DNA from: Felis catus
Taxonomy: Eukaryota
Length of the DNA stretch: 64,000 nt
NCBI RefSeq assembly: GCF_018350175.1
Contig: NC_058368.1
Coordinates: 93,374,001-93,438,000 of the forward strand
Reading direction: 5' to 3'
The notes below the pieces were generated by a model that saw only the letters and a list, made by a program, of their open reading frames with translations, was not told the origin of the DNA and ran no database searches. The position numbers were made by a program, and so were the translations under genes. This document shows, one piece after another, positions 52,958 to 64,000 of this stretch (positions are counted from its first letter, which is position 1; every line of letters starts with the position of its first letter).

Positions 52958-53067
52958 TAGGGTGACCAAGTGTACCTGTGTGCCTGCGACTGGCCTGGTT
53001 TTAGCTCTGTAAGTCCTCAGGCCGGGAAAGTCTGCAGGCCCAGGAGACCAGGAAAGCTGGTCATCTG
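52958..53067. mobile_element. MER81 (hAT-Blackjack) MITE
   Basis: 'tagggtgaccaa...ggttttagctctgtaagtcc...gctggtcatct' with terminal inverted repeats. Confidence 0.75.
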
Positions 53068-53103
53068 TAACACACAAGGATGTCTGGCCCAAGAACAGAG
53101 TCT

Positions 53104-53775
53104 CAGCCGGGATCCCTGGGAGATTCCGTGGGTTCAGTTCCAGAGCCCCACAATAAAGCAAGTCAAATGAATTCTTTGATTTCCGAGTGCGTGTAAAAGT
53201 GATGTTTCCACTTCTATTTAAGTGCGCAGTAGCATTATGTCTGTAAACGTTGTTCATACCTTAATTTTAAATACATGTTATTGGGCGCCTGTGTGGCTCA
53301 GTCGGTTAAGCGGCCGACTTCGGCTCAGGTCATGATCTCGCGGTCCGTGAGTTCGAGCCCCGCGTTGGGCTCTGTGCTGACAGCTCAGAGCCTGGAGCCT
53401 GTTTCAGATTCTATGTCTCCCTCTCTCTGACCCTCCTCTGTTCATGCTCTGTCTCTCCCTGTCTCAAAAATAAAAAAAAGTTAAAAAAAATTAAAAAAAT
53501 AAATAAATACATGTTATTGCATACACAATGGTGACTACCATCCGAGCTCTTGGTGAATTGTGATTACCGATCACAGATCACCATAACCAACATAATAATG
53601 ATGAACAAGTTTGAAATATTGAAAAGAATGACCAAACTGTGACCCAGAGGCATGAAGTGAGCCAGCCCTGGTGCAAAAATGGCACCAATAGACTTGCTCC
53701 ATGCAGGGTTGTTGCAAAACTGAATTTTGTGAAAAACAGAGAATCTGCAAAGGGCAATAAAGTGGTGGATGCCTG
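53104..53775 (-). mobile_element. Internally deleted Tigger1-derived element, split by CanSINE 53284-53504
   Basis: Tigger1 ends ('aaaatggcaccaatagacttgctccatgcagggttg', 'ggatgcctg|ta'); SINE TSD aaatacatgttattg. Confidence 0.85.
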
Positions 53776-53800
53776 TACATCAAGTTGTCTCTCGTCCAGC

Positions 53801-53819
53801 TTTGCCACCTCGTGGCCCA
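53801..53819 (-). promoter_or_regulatory. Candidate CTCF motif
   Basis: Minus strand GGCCACGAGGTGGCAAA resembles the CTCF core CCASYAGRKGGCR. Confidence 0.35.
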
Positions 53820-54222
53820 GCCCCTCACTCCTTTCTCAATACCTAGAGTTGGAACCCTATTTGGGAATTATAGAGAATAATGAAAAATTAAGGACACTGT
53901 TTCACTGTCGAGACACCAGCAACATTGTTTAGGAGCTCTGGAAGTGGGGATCCTGCCCCACTGTGTCATTGGGCTCAGGTAGCATTGGGACCAGGGCTTG
54001 TGACCTCTGACAACAGAGCTATACCCTCCTAAGAGGCAGCAGGAGAAAGGGCAGCTGAAGGACAGAGCCTGCCCCATGCAGGATACACCCCAGCTGCAGA
54101 GGGAGGAAGCAGGAAAAGGCAGAGACACCAGGGCTCCCACAAGTGACTGCCTAGGATAGCCTGCCTGTGTAGACGCAAGCAAGAACCAGGAAAATGGTTT
54201 ACTTTTTTAAAAAATGCTTTTA

Positions 54223-54440
54223 GGGGCGCCTGGGTGGCGCAGTCGGTTAAGCGTCCGACTTCAGCCAGGTCACGATCTCGCGGTCCGTGAGTTCGAGCCC
54301 CGCGTCGGGCTCTGGGCTGATGGCTCAGAGCCTGGAGCCTGTTTCCGATTCTGTGTCTCCCTCTCTCTGACCCTCCCCCGTTCATGCTCTGTCTCTCTGT
54401 GTCCCAAAAATAAATAAAAAACGTTGAAAAAAAAATTTAA
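54223..54440 (+). mobile_element. Young SINEC_Fc
   Basis: CpG-intact; TSD aaaaaatgctttta (54209-54222, 54441-54454). Confidence 0.97.
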
Positions 54441-54680
54441 AAAAAATGCTTTTAATCCACTTCTAATTATAAATACCATGCAAAGCTACACAGGGCCAAA
54501 GAGGGGAGAGAAATTGCCTTCTAAGTACCAAGGTGTACTATCATTTTTCAGCTCAGAATGAGGAAAACCTGGCTTCAGCCAGCTATTTGTTAATCCTAGG
54601 GTTACATGGTGCCCTGAGGCTTTTTTCAGTTTTGACAATGTCTGTCCAAGGTTACTTTTCAGCTATACAATCAAATCTTA

Positions 54681-54848
54681 GAGGCACCTGGGTAGCTCAG
54701 TCGGTTAAACGTCTGAGTTCGGGTCATGATTTCAGCTCGGGTCATAATTTCACAGTTCATGAGATCGAGCCCAGCGTCTGGCTCTGCTTGGGAATCTCTC
54801 GCTCCCTTTCTCTCTGTCCCTTCCCACTTTCTCACTCACTCTCTCTCT
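54681..54848 (+). mobile_element. CanSINE with short internal duplication and internal deletion
   Basis: 'tcgggtcatgatttcagctcgggtcataatttc'; TSD aaatcttaga around SINE plus expanded tail. Confidence 0.88.
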
Positions 54849-55056
54849 AAATAAAATACAAAATAAAATAAAAAACAAAATAAAATAAAATAACAAAATA
54901 AAATAAAATGAAACAAAAACCAAAATGAAATAAAAAACAAAATGAAATTAAAAACAAAACAAAACAAAATAATAAAATAAAATAAAATAAAATAAAATAA
55001 AATAAATAAAATAAAATAAAATAAAATAAAATAAATAAAATAAAATAAAATAAAAT
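54849..55056 (+). repeat. Degenerate (AAAAT)n / AAAAC / TGAAA pentanucleotide array
   Basis: About 200 bp, direct reading. Confidence 0.95.
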
Positions 55057-55479
55057 CTTAGAACATGGGGTCCAGAGGAACCTCAAAATCCAGCCTCCCT
55101 GCCTTGAGGAAGATTCTTTATTATTATCATTATTATTATTATTACTGATATTTAACAGATCATTACTTTATGAGCAACTTGGGCCCTAAGAAGTTGGTGA
55201 GGTCTTTTGCGCAAGGTCACCCAGCAGGTGTTTGGAGCAGAGGTCAGAAAGAGGGTTTGAGAGGTCATGGGGGGTTGCAGTTTCCCTGTTATTTTACATC
55301 TCACTCACATTCCTGTATTTCGTGGGAGCAAACGTTTCTGGCATCCTCTCTGGCTGCCCAAACCTGACACCTCCCCATTTCCCAGGGTGAAGAGTCAATG
55401 CCCGCTTCTCACTGTCCATCCCTCTACTGCCCCTTCCCATAGTCTAGAATAAAACTACAGTCTGAACGTCTATACTTAC

Positions 55480-55506
55480 CTGTAGTTTGGGAGGGCTGTA
55501 TATTAT
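55480..55506 (-). CDS. Candidate 27-nt frame-preserving microexon (IIYSPPKLQ or xNIQPSQTT)
   Basis: Long pyrimidine tract ending ttcttcttatag; donor CAG|gtaagtat is the perfect consensus; host gene not identified. Confidence 0.45.
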
Positions 55507-56127
55507 CTATAAGAAGAATGACCAGCACAAAGCAAGAGAGAAACTATGGACAAACAACAGAGCAGAAAGAGAAGCCCAATTCTGAAGATGCATTTGGGTT
55601 CTTACCAAGCCACTAACTGCAACCCTCGACAAATCACTTCATGCTTCTGGCCCTCCTTCTCCGGCCATAAAAGGATGGACCCTAAGAAGCAGAGAAGCAA
55701 AATGAAGGTAGAGTTGGACACTTGGGGAAAATGAAGGAAAGGAGGAAGAGTGGGAAGCAGAGAGGAGGGTTGAAGGGAAGGAGGGAGAGGGAAAGGGAAG
55801 AAGGAGAGAGCTCAAAAATTCAGTAATCCAAGTAACTCCATGTCAAATACAGAGAATGATAGGCTCTGGAGAGTGGGACAGAATTCCTAAATCTAGAGCT
55901 CTCATGTCACTGCCCTAGGATGCTCAAACCCAGAGGGCAGAGTGACTGTCCCAGGCTCACAAAGTGATTCTGTGCAGAAGAGCTAAGCACAGCCATGTCT
56001 CCTGCCTCCCACCCCGCGTGCCCTCTCCCACACCATTCCTCTTGTATTACACCAAAAACTCAGTGTTGGAATTGGTTTCAAACAGTATCCACCACAAATA
56101 ACATTGCCTCAAAAAGGGGTCCTTCTG

Positions 56128-56320
56128 AGGCACCTGGGTGGCTCGGTAGGTTAAGCGTCTGACTCTTGGCTTCGGCTCACAGTTCGTGAGTTCAAGCCCC
56201 ACATTGGGCTCACTGTTGTCAGCCTGTCAATGCAAAGCCTGCTTCAGATCCTCTGTTTCCCTCTCTCTGCCCCTCCCCCATTTGTGCTCTCCCCAAAAAT
56301 AAATAACTACTTTTTAAAAA
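56128..56320 (+). mobile_element. CanSINE
   Basis: Canonical structure with small internal deletion. Confidence 0.92.
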
Positions 56321-56741
56321 AGGGGGGGGGGGCTTCTGCTAGGCTAGAAAATCATACCTAGGGAGTTTGCTGCCATAACAAATTTTGACCTAAAATACAT
56401 AAACAAAAAAAAGACAATTAGTGCTCCTTCCTACTTGAAAAGAGGAAGGGAGGGAGGAAGGGAGAGAAAGAGAAGCCCTAATACCTAAATGATTCCAGCC
56501 AGCACCTTTTCAGCTACAGAGAATGGGCTGGAGGGCAAGCCCTGTGACCCATGGAACGTAGGTGTTGACCACCCTAGTGACCTTAATGACTGGAGCCCAC
56601 TTGAGCTCAGATCATGAGGAGCAGAAGGAGAATCACACAGCACCAGGGCCAACGACCAGAGCCTGAAGATCCATTAGGCAAAGCGAAAACACTGTCCTTT
56701 CAGGTAAAAAAAAAAAAAAAAAAAAAAAGAGAGACAGAGTA

Positions 56742-57190
56742 GGGGCGTCTGGGTGGCTCAGTCAGTTGAACATCTGACTTTAGCTCTCATGATCTCACGG
56801 TTCATGAGTTCGAGCTCCACATCGGGCTCTGTGCTGACAGCTTAGAACTTGGAGCCTGCTCTGATTCTGTGTCTCCCTCTCCCTCTGCCCCTCCCCTGCT
56901 GGTTCTCACCTTCTCTCTCTTTTTCTTAAAAATAAATGAACATTGGGGTGCCTGGGTGGCGCAGTCGGTTAAGCGTCCGGCTTCAGCCAGGTCACGATCT
57001 CGCGGTCTGTGAGTTCGAGCCCCGCGTCAGGCTCTGGGCTGATGGCTCAGAGCCTGGAGCCTGTTTCCGATTCTGTGTCTCCCTCTCTCTCTGCCCCTCC
57101 CCCGTTCATGCTCTGTCTCTCTCTGTCCCAAAAATAAATAAACGTTGAAAAAAAATTTTTTTTAAATAAATAAATGAACATTAAAAAGAA
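56742..57190 (+). mobile_element. Older CanSINE with young SINEC_Fc (56945-57167) nested in its tail
   Basis: Inner TSD aaataaatgaacatt (56930-56944, 57168-57182); outer TSD aaagagaga(c/t)agag. Confidence 0.95.
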
Positions 57191-59344
57191 AAGAGAGATA
57201 GAGGAAAAAGAACTTTGTGCCTGGGATGAACGTGACCCAAAGACAACCTTCCAGTGGAGGAGTAATGGACAGAGGCAGCCTATACTGGTTTAAATAATAA
57301 TAATAGCTGAATAATATATAGTAGTAAATAATAGCTAAAACCTTATAAAGCACAGGAAAGTTATTTACGTCTTGGGTTTTTAGAATGCTCCCTTAGTGTT
57401 TTGTGTTTCTCCCAGAGCTTTTCAGAGCAAAGTTTCCTTCAGTGCATCCTTCTGCGAAGTAGATTCATTGAACCCCCATAAACCTTTGCATAGAACTGGC
57501 ACCCTACTCTCCCAAGAGGTCATGTAATTTTGTTCTCATGCCTAGATATAACCCTTTATTCACAATTCTATCTTCATTCTTCGCTTGAAAGATATTTCTT
57601 TTCTGAAAGATTCCCACCATAGTTCATAGAAGGCTTTCAGTACACAAACATCTAAATCCTCCAAGTTATAGGGCTATCCGTACCCTGTCTTTTCAAGAAA
57701 TGCTTTCCCCCAGCCACACGGTACAGTTCTGTTGTCATGCAAAGCAGGTGAATCAGGCCGAGGCAAAAATGTAAAAAATAAATCCTAGCTCTCTAGATGA
57801 ATTCTTGCAATTTATCTGGAACCACCTTATGTAAGCAAATATAAATGTCAGTTTCTTCATAAAGTTAATGTTCATCCTGAACAAAGCAAAAAAGAGAAAA
57901 TGGTTTTGGATGCCACTAACAAGTGCACTCATGTCTTGGAATTATTTCCAAGTTTTGCAACTGCTTTTATCACGCAAAGAGTATACCAAATCATTGTCTA
58001 AGAGTGTTTTTAGGCAATGTTCTGTAGAGAAGATTACATTCCCACCTAAAAATTGCAGAGTGACCTCGGTAGAAGCTTGCCCCAACTCACTTCATTCTCT
58101 GCCTTTTCTTTACCATTCTTTCCAGGTCTCTAAGAATACACAAGGAGAGAACGAACACCATGCAGACAACAGTATTATACGAAATAGTTGAAAAATGATT
58201 GTTTCAGATAGACAGTGCAAGTGATGGACATGGAGAAAGTGGTATTGTTTGAACTGCTTTTCATTTCTTAGTATACAGAATGCTCTTCAATGGGCAATGA
58301 CCCTTGACATTTTTTTCCCTAACCTGGCCAAAATAAGGACTCTCCCTCCTCCTCTCCCCTTCTCTGTAGCCCTGTCGGATCAAGTGGCAAGTTGGGCTAC
58401 TGCCCAAGGAGTCCTTAGTTAATTGCATGTAATAATGTCACATCCTACTTTCAAATGCTAGAGGCGGTTCTCCTATCCTTGTAATACAATATGACTGAGA
58501 GTTCCCACTGCCTTAGGAGCCCTGTGAGTGGCTCTTCTCTCGCCTGAGTATTTTAGAATACCACAGCACTTGGCTGAGTGGTGGTGATCTTTAAATATAA
58601 TGCAGGACACCGGGCTCAATTAGTAATAGTGGCTGCTGACAGTGCTCCCTGGCCAGCTCTTTGCCAAGGGACTGCATTGCGAAGCCAGTGACACGTCTCA
58701 TTGAGACATGAAATTTAAATAAATGATCAGCTCAGTCAAGTGGCAACCAGCATGTTCATCCTACCTAGCAGGAAGGCTTTGAACACAACACAAACTACAA
58801 AAAGAAGAACAAAAAGCCATCCTGGAACCAGAGACTATTTTTTAGAATCCCTTGCATGGGGTTGGACTGCTTTTGGAAGGTTTCTCCTCTTGTTTTAAGA
58901 GGTATAGTACCTTCCAGCAGACTGAAAAATCTCTTTAGTTAATGCAAATCTTATATAGCTGGAGATAGAACACTCAAGCCCATCTTGGTACTCATGATAC
59001 TAAGCAAAGAAATCTCTAGACATTTAGAAGGATTTTGATTTGGAGCTGTATTTTTGGCTGGGAAACAAAGGGAAATCTATTTGTCTTTGAGCATTTTCTT
59101 TTTTGTTTTTTTGCCTAAGCAAGAAATGAATAATCCTAAATCATTCTGGCAAATGGCTTGTAGAACCCAGAGTTCAGAAGAGACACATTACATCATACTG
59201 TCAACAGCTCAAAAGTGTACTACTGAGATGGCATTACCCCTCTAGAGGTCAGGATTGCCATCCCAACCGGGAAGAAGCCATTTCATTTTTCCTGGTAGGT
59301 TCCTCTTGGCCTGCAATTAAGGGGCACTGCCAGTAGGTGGTGCT

Positions 59345-59505
59345 GGGACTAGGGCATTAGAACCACCTGGATGATCTTATGAAGAAGCCAGATTCCCAGG
59401 CCCTGCACCGATGCAATCAGACTCTCTGTAAAGAGAAAATGAGAATCTGAATTTTTAACATCCTGCCATGTGATTTTTTTTCCCCAACTCAAAGTTGGGG
59501 AACGA
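59345..59505. mobile_element. MER5-like MITE
   Basis: 'cattagaaccacctgg..agattcccaggccctgcacc..aatcagactctct..gaatctgaatttttaaca'. Confidence 0.7.
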
Positions 59506-60847
59506 CTTATTCAAATGGTTTTTCCCATCACTGATGGGGCTAACTGAGGCTGATGTTAGCTTGTGTATCCCATTAATTGTGCTCTTCAAGGTCCATTTTG
59601 GGATTAAAAGGACAGAAAAATAAAACAGTTCTAGACAGCATATCAAAATCTGAAAAACAAAGTGCTTGGGACCAGCCCAGAGCCCTCTCTCACTCACACA
59701 ATCCAGCCTCCAGCCCCACCCACTGAGGAGACTGCTCCTTGGTGATGTGGCCTGCCGAATGTGAGCAGTCTCCCAGAGCAGCTCAAGAGCCAGATAGGCC
59801 TAGGGTCCCAGGGCTCAATCCTTGTGCGACTCTGGGCAAGCAGTGTAGAATGTACAAGCCTCTATTTGCTCCTCCAGATTTTGGAGGTAATAACAGCACC
59901 TGCTTGACTGGATGGAGTAAGACACTGTCCAAAAAGCTCTTAGCGCTCAGTGATGATAGCTAGTCTTATCATGTTTGACAGTCCTTTTTCAACTTTTAGG
60001 TCAAAAGTCTTTTTCTCCAAGGGTCAGCCAGAACCTTTAACTGCTTTACAACAAAAACAAAACACGCAAACAAAAAAACCCACCAAAGCTGAAAACCTTA
60101 CTAGCCTATTACAACTGACTCAAATTGCAAGGGTCAGCTCATTCCTTTTGGAGTTTCTCTGCTATCATGTTTTCTGCTAATGGTTGGTCATCTCCACTTG
60201 CTGCAGACTCACACAGGATGGTCAAATTAAGATATTTCCATATCTGTTTTGTCTGCCTCTGGGAACCCTTCTTCAGAAGCTCACATATAACATGGCACCA
60301 AAAAGTGATTCAAAGGGCTTTATCATCTCTATATTATCTCTATCAGCACCTCCAAAGCCACCCCAAACAAACACAATAAAAGCAAAAATCTTGGGCTTGC
60401 TGTGCCAAGAGTCTAAAGACCTGTCCGGAAGCCCTTCTTTCCAATCAGCATGCCTCCTTCAAATTGCTTCTATGTAGACTTTCCAGAGCTTCCACCCCCT
60501 TTAAGAAAATAGTGTTTTCTGTTGATGATTGACTAATGGAGATGTTCCCTGGCATTGGATACAATGTCCTCACAACGTTTTCTAATGTGTAAAAATGGAA
60601 AGAGTCATTTAGATGTTCATCACATTAATGGAGAGCTCTCACACGCTAGGCTCAGACAAGGCAGGGAGGACCCCAAATTCAGGCCCATGCAGTCCTAGCC
60701 CTTCCCGGAAGATGCATTTATAGTGACTAGAGAAGTATCTTAGAAATAAAACAGAGCAAACTATGTGACAAACCTCACAGACTCAGCCCAAAGCAAGAAT
60801 TTAACACGTACTTTTTTTCTTTATTTCTCAAAAAACACAGACCTCAT

Positions 60848-60960
60848 GGGGGGCCTGGCTGGCTCTGTCAGTAGAGCATGTGACTCTTCATGTCAGAGTC
60901 ATGAGTTCAAACCCCATGTTGGGCATAGAGCTTATTTAAAACAAACAGCTAAATAAAAGA
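60848..60960 (+). mobile_element. Short CanSINE
   Basis: tRNA-Lys-like short form. Confidence 0.85.
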
Positions 60961-61261
60961 ACATACATCTTTCAGAAGAACCTGTTTCACTGAGATTCAT
61001 ACCCCAAACTTACCAGCGTTGAAGAGGTTGCAAAGAGTTTTAACCACACTATAATGGCAATCTCGAATCTCCAAAAAAAACTTGCAACATTTTTCAAAAA
61101 CTCCTCCCTGACTATTTTAAGAATCCAACAATAAAAAGTCAATGAGCCCACTGAACCTTGAGAACAAAAATCTGAATTAAAGGAACTGAGGAAAATAAAC
61201 TCCAGAGGCCATTTTCTCCAAGTGATAGGTTAGCCTTCACAGAGATCAGTAGTGACCACTG

Positions 61262-61493
61262 TTTTTTTTTTATTTTTTTAATGTTAATGTTTTTGTTAAT
61301 GTTTTTTGTTCATGTATTTTGAGTAAGAGACAGAGTGAGTGGGGGAGGGGCAGAGTGAGAGGGAGACACAGAATCTGAAGCAGGCTCTAAGCTGTCAGCA
61401 CAGAGCCCGATGCAGGGCTCGAACTCATAAACTGTGAGATTATGACCTGAGCCGAAGTCGGACGCTCAACTGACTGAGTCACCCAGGTACCCC
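61262..61493 (-). mobile_element. CanSINE
   Basis: Reverse SINE. Confidence 0.93.
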
Positions 61494-62077
61494 TTGATCA
61501 CTGGTTTTGCACAGACTCCTGAGAAATGTTCTATGTCATTCTCATTTCCATTCAACACCATTCTCATAGCACCACTGGAGAAACCAGATGCCATGAGGTG
61601 ACTCTGGTGTCTCCAGGTCATCCAAAGCAATCACAGGCCTGGCTGGAATGCAAGTGAGGAAGGGAGGAACAGAATGTCTTCCCCTCTTTGCAGAGTTGTG
61701 TGGGCTCGGCAGTTATACGGCTCTCTCCCTTCTAACTGGGTGACCTTGAGCACATTCACTTTCTAATCCTGTGTTCTCCTCTCTAAAGTGGGAAAATAAC
61801 CATATCTTTCCCATGACATTGATGGAAGGAGGGAATGAGGCTGAACATCTGCCTGCCACACACCTTCTTATTTGGAGCTCTCCCAAGAGCTCCACTGGCC
61901 TGTCTGACATATTGTGGAGATGTTCCCCCAAATGGTTCCCTTACATCATCATCATCTACATGCTCCACGCCCAGGATTCACTGAATGTCTTCTTGGGAGA
62001 GTGGAGACCCAAACCAAAAAGAGAAAAGAGCCAAGGCTGAGGCTTTCTGAAGCTGGTTAAAAAGTATAATGGGATAT

Positions 62078-62201
62078 GGGGTGCCCGGGTGGCTCAGTTG
62101 TTTGAGTGTCTGACTCTCAATTTGGCTCATGTCATAATCTCATGGTTCATGAGATCAAGTCCTCCACTGGCCTCTGCGCTGGCAGCAGGGAGCCTGTTTG
62201 G

Positions 62202-62248
<47 letters not shown>

Positions 62249-62350
62249 TCTCCCTCTCTCCCTCTCTCCCTCTCTCCCTCTCTCTCTCTCTCTGTCTGCC
62301 CCTCCCCCACTAACATGGGCTCTTTCAAAATAAATAAATATTTTTTAAAA
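62078..62350 (+). mobile_element. CanSINE with expanded (CT)n
   Basis: CT tract 62206-62292. Confidence 0.9.
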
Positions 62351-62379
62351 ACTAAAAGGTAAAATGGATAAAACTAAGA

Positions 62380-62560
62380 GGAATAATTAATTTAGCATTT
62401 CTTCTGTGACCATCACAGAGCTAAACCCTTTATCCAGTGCCTCGTCCAGTCTTGCTACCAACCATCAAGGAAGAAAATGCTCTTACTACTCCCATTCTAC
62501 AGAAGAGGAAACTGAAGACCCGAGAACACAGTCACTTAATGTCACCCAGATAGAAGTGGC
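62380..62560 (-). mobile_element. MIR
   Basis: 'cccattctacagaagaggaaactgaag..cacttaatgtcacccag'. Confidence 0.7.
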
Positions 62561-63271
62561 CAAGTTCCAAGAGCCCATAGCTACCTGTGCAGAGAGAAGA
62601 AACACTGTACCTACTTTCCTAGCCCCAAACTCACGCCTTCACATGTGGGACAAGCCAGGAAACTTGCCCAAAGTCTAATAACTCAAGCCAGTTGTTGTCG
62701 TTGTTGTTTTATTCAGGGTCTATCCTTTTCTCCTCTCCTTCCCCTCACAAAGCAGCCTTGCCACCTTCTCAGGAGATACAGATAGTAACTGCTAAGAAAA
62801 ACAAAACTCAGATAAATTTTGAAAGAAAACGTGGCATTACTTTAATCAAATCTCTTCCTTTGAGTTTATGGGCAGAATCTCATTCTAGGAATAATCCTCC
62901 ATAATTAAAATTCCCTTGCTTTTATTTTCTTTCTCTTTTGTATTGTATCAAAGACCGTGGATGCTGATCTTTTTCAACAACAGAAAGACACTCCGAAGAA
63001 GCCAGCTGTGTCTCTGTTGGCAACCTGGCTGCAGATGGTGCATGTGGTGGGTGATGAAGAGAACACCTTGCCTCTCTGATGTGCTCCCCGGGCAGAGGAG
63101 CTCCACCAGGGAAAGAGGTGAAGGCCCAGAATCATGTGGAAAGGGCAACAAAATCAGAGCAGAGCTGAATGGGCCTAACCTTGGCAGAGGAAATGCTACA
63201 GAGAGGCCTTCATCACTCCACAGCAATACACCCCACAGAAGGTCTGCCTCTTTAAAAAGAGGCAAGTTCCA

Positions 63272-63388
63272 GGGGTGCCTGGGTGGCTCAGTCAGTTAAG
63301 CGTCCAACTCTGGATTTTGGCTCAGGTCATGATCTCACAGTTCAGGGATTCAAACCCTGTTTTGAGCTCTGCACTATCAATGCTTGGG

Positions 63389-63424
<36 letters not shown>

Positions 63425-63485
63425 CTTTCCCTGCTCGCTCATTCATTCTCTCTCTTTTTCTCTGTCTCAGAAATAAATAAAAAAG
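63272..63485 (+). mobile_element. CanSINE
   Basis: Canonical structure. Confidence 0.92.
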
Positions 63486-64000
63486 CGTTTAAAATATCTT
63501 TTAAAAACAGATCTGTAATGGAAGAATTTAAAAATCACCATGATTCTTAAAGAACCCCAAGTGGCAAGTCACTAGCCCTCAAAAGTGATGTTGTTCAGCT
63601 TTGAGACAAAAAGGAATCCCAAAGTCATAAGCATTCCCTTAAATAAGGCTCTTGGTCCAGGTCTTGAATTTTGAGTTCCAGTGGTTTGGTAGTCACCAAA
63701 CTTTGAAATGAGAGATCAGGTGTCCATGTTCTCAAGTAACAAAACACAGAAGAGGAAAGTTTCAGCTTTTTAAACAGCTTTTAACTATTCTCTAAGAGCT
63801 AACTCAATCCTAAATGAAAACATACATCCTTTCCTTGACTGGTAATCAATGCCCTGGCCATAACTTTGTGATCCTTGATGATTGTCCTAAGTTCCATGAG
63901 GTAATCCCACACAATCATGAAACACATGCTTCAGAAAGGCATTTTGCTTCTTTGGCACGGAGTCTACCCAAAGACAGCCTGAGGTTTTAAAGAACTGACC

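Noticed and set aside
55472..55482. ATACTTACCTG as a U1 snRNA pseudogene
   Set aside because: The match stops after 11 nt; better explained as the complement of a consensus splice donor.
3116..63550. Many recurrent ORFs like 'MAQSVKxxTSAQVMIS...SVLTAQSLEPASDSVSPSLS'
   Set aside because: Translations of CanSINE bodies, not a gene family.
1..64000. CRISPR arrays, operons, rRNA or other prokaryotic/viral systems
   Set aside because: No regularly spaced repeat-spacer arrays or long coding regions; the sequence is mammalian repeat-rich DNA.

Overview
Mammalian, non-coding, repeat-dense genomic DNA from a felid, most likely domestic cat or a close relative. The assignment rests on about 53 tRNA-derived CanSINEs, including CpG-intact young SINEC_Fc-type copies with perfect target-site duplications (TSDs). 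Also present are old L1, L2, MIR and L3 remnants, MLT1 LTRs, and hAT/Tigger DNA-transposon fossils (MER3, MER5, MER81, Charlie1, internally deleted Tigger1). No ORF in the supplied track resembles a protein I recognise; most are SINE or microsatellite read-throughs. The window looks like a large intron or intergenic region. Several minus-strand splice-flanked segments, best a 27-nt microexon at 55480-55506, and a compact promoter/first-exon-like element near 24.8 kb hint at a minus-strand host gene that I cannot name. The clearest unusual structures are a 37-nt U2 snRNA 5' fragment inserted antisense, with its own TSD, into the A-box of a SINE (49960-49996), a twin-primed 5'-inverted L1 fragment (27995-28355), a ~200-bp degenerate pentanucleotide expansion from a SINE tail, and a 51-aa CxxC-x18-CxxC small ORF below the ORF-track cutoff. 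Repeat family names come from recalled consensus sequences and boundaries are approximate. I cannot demonstrate a novel biological system from this sequence alone.
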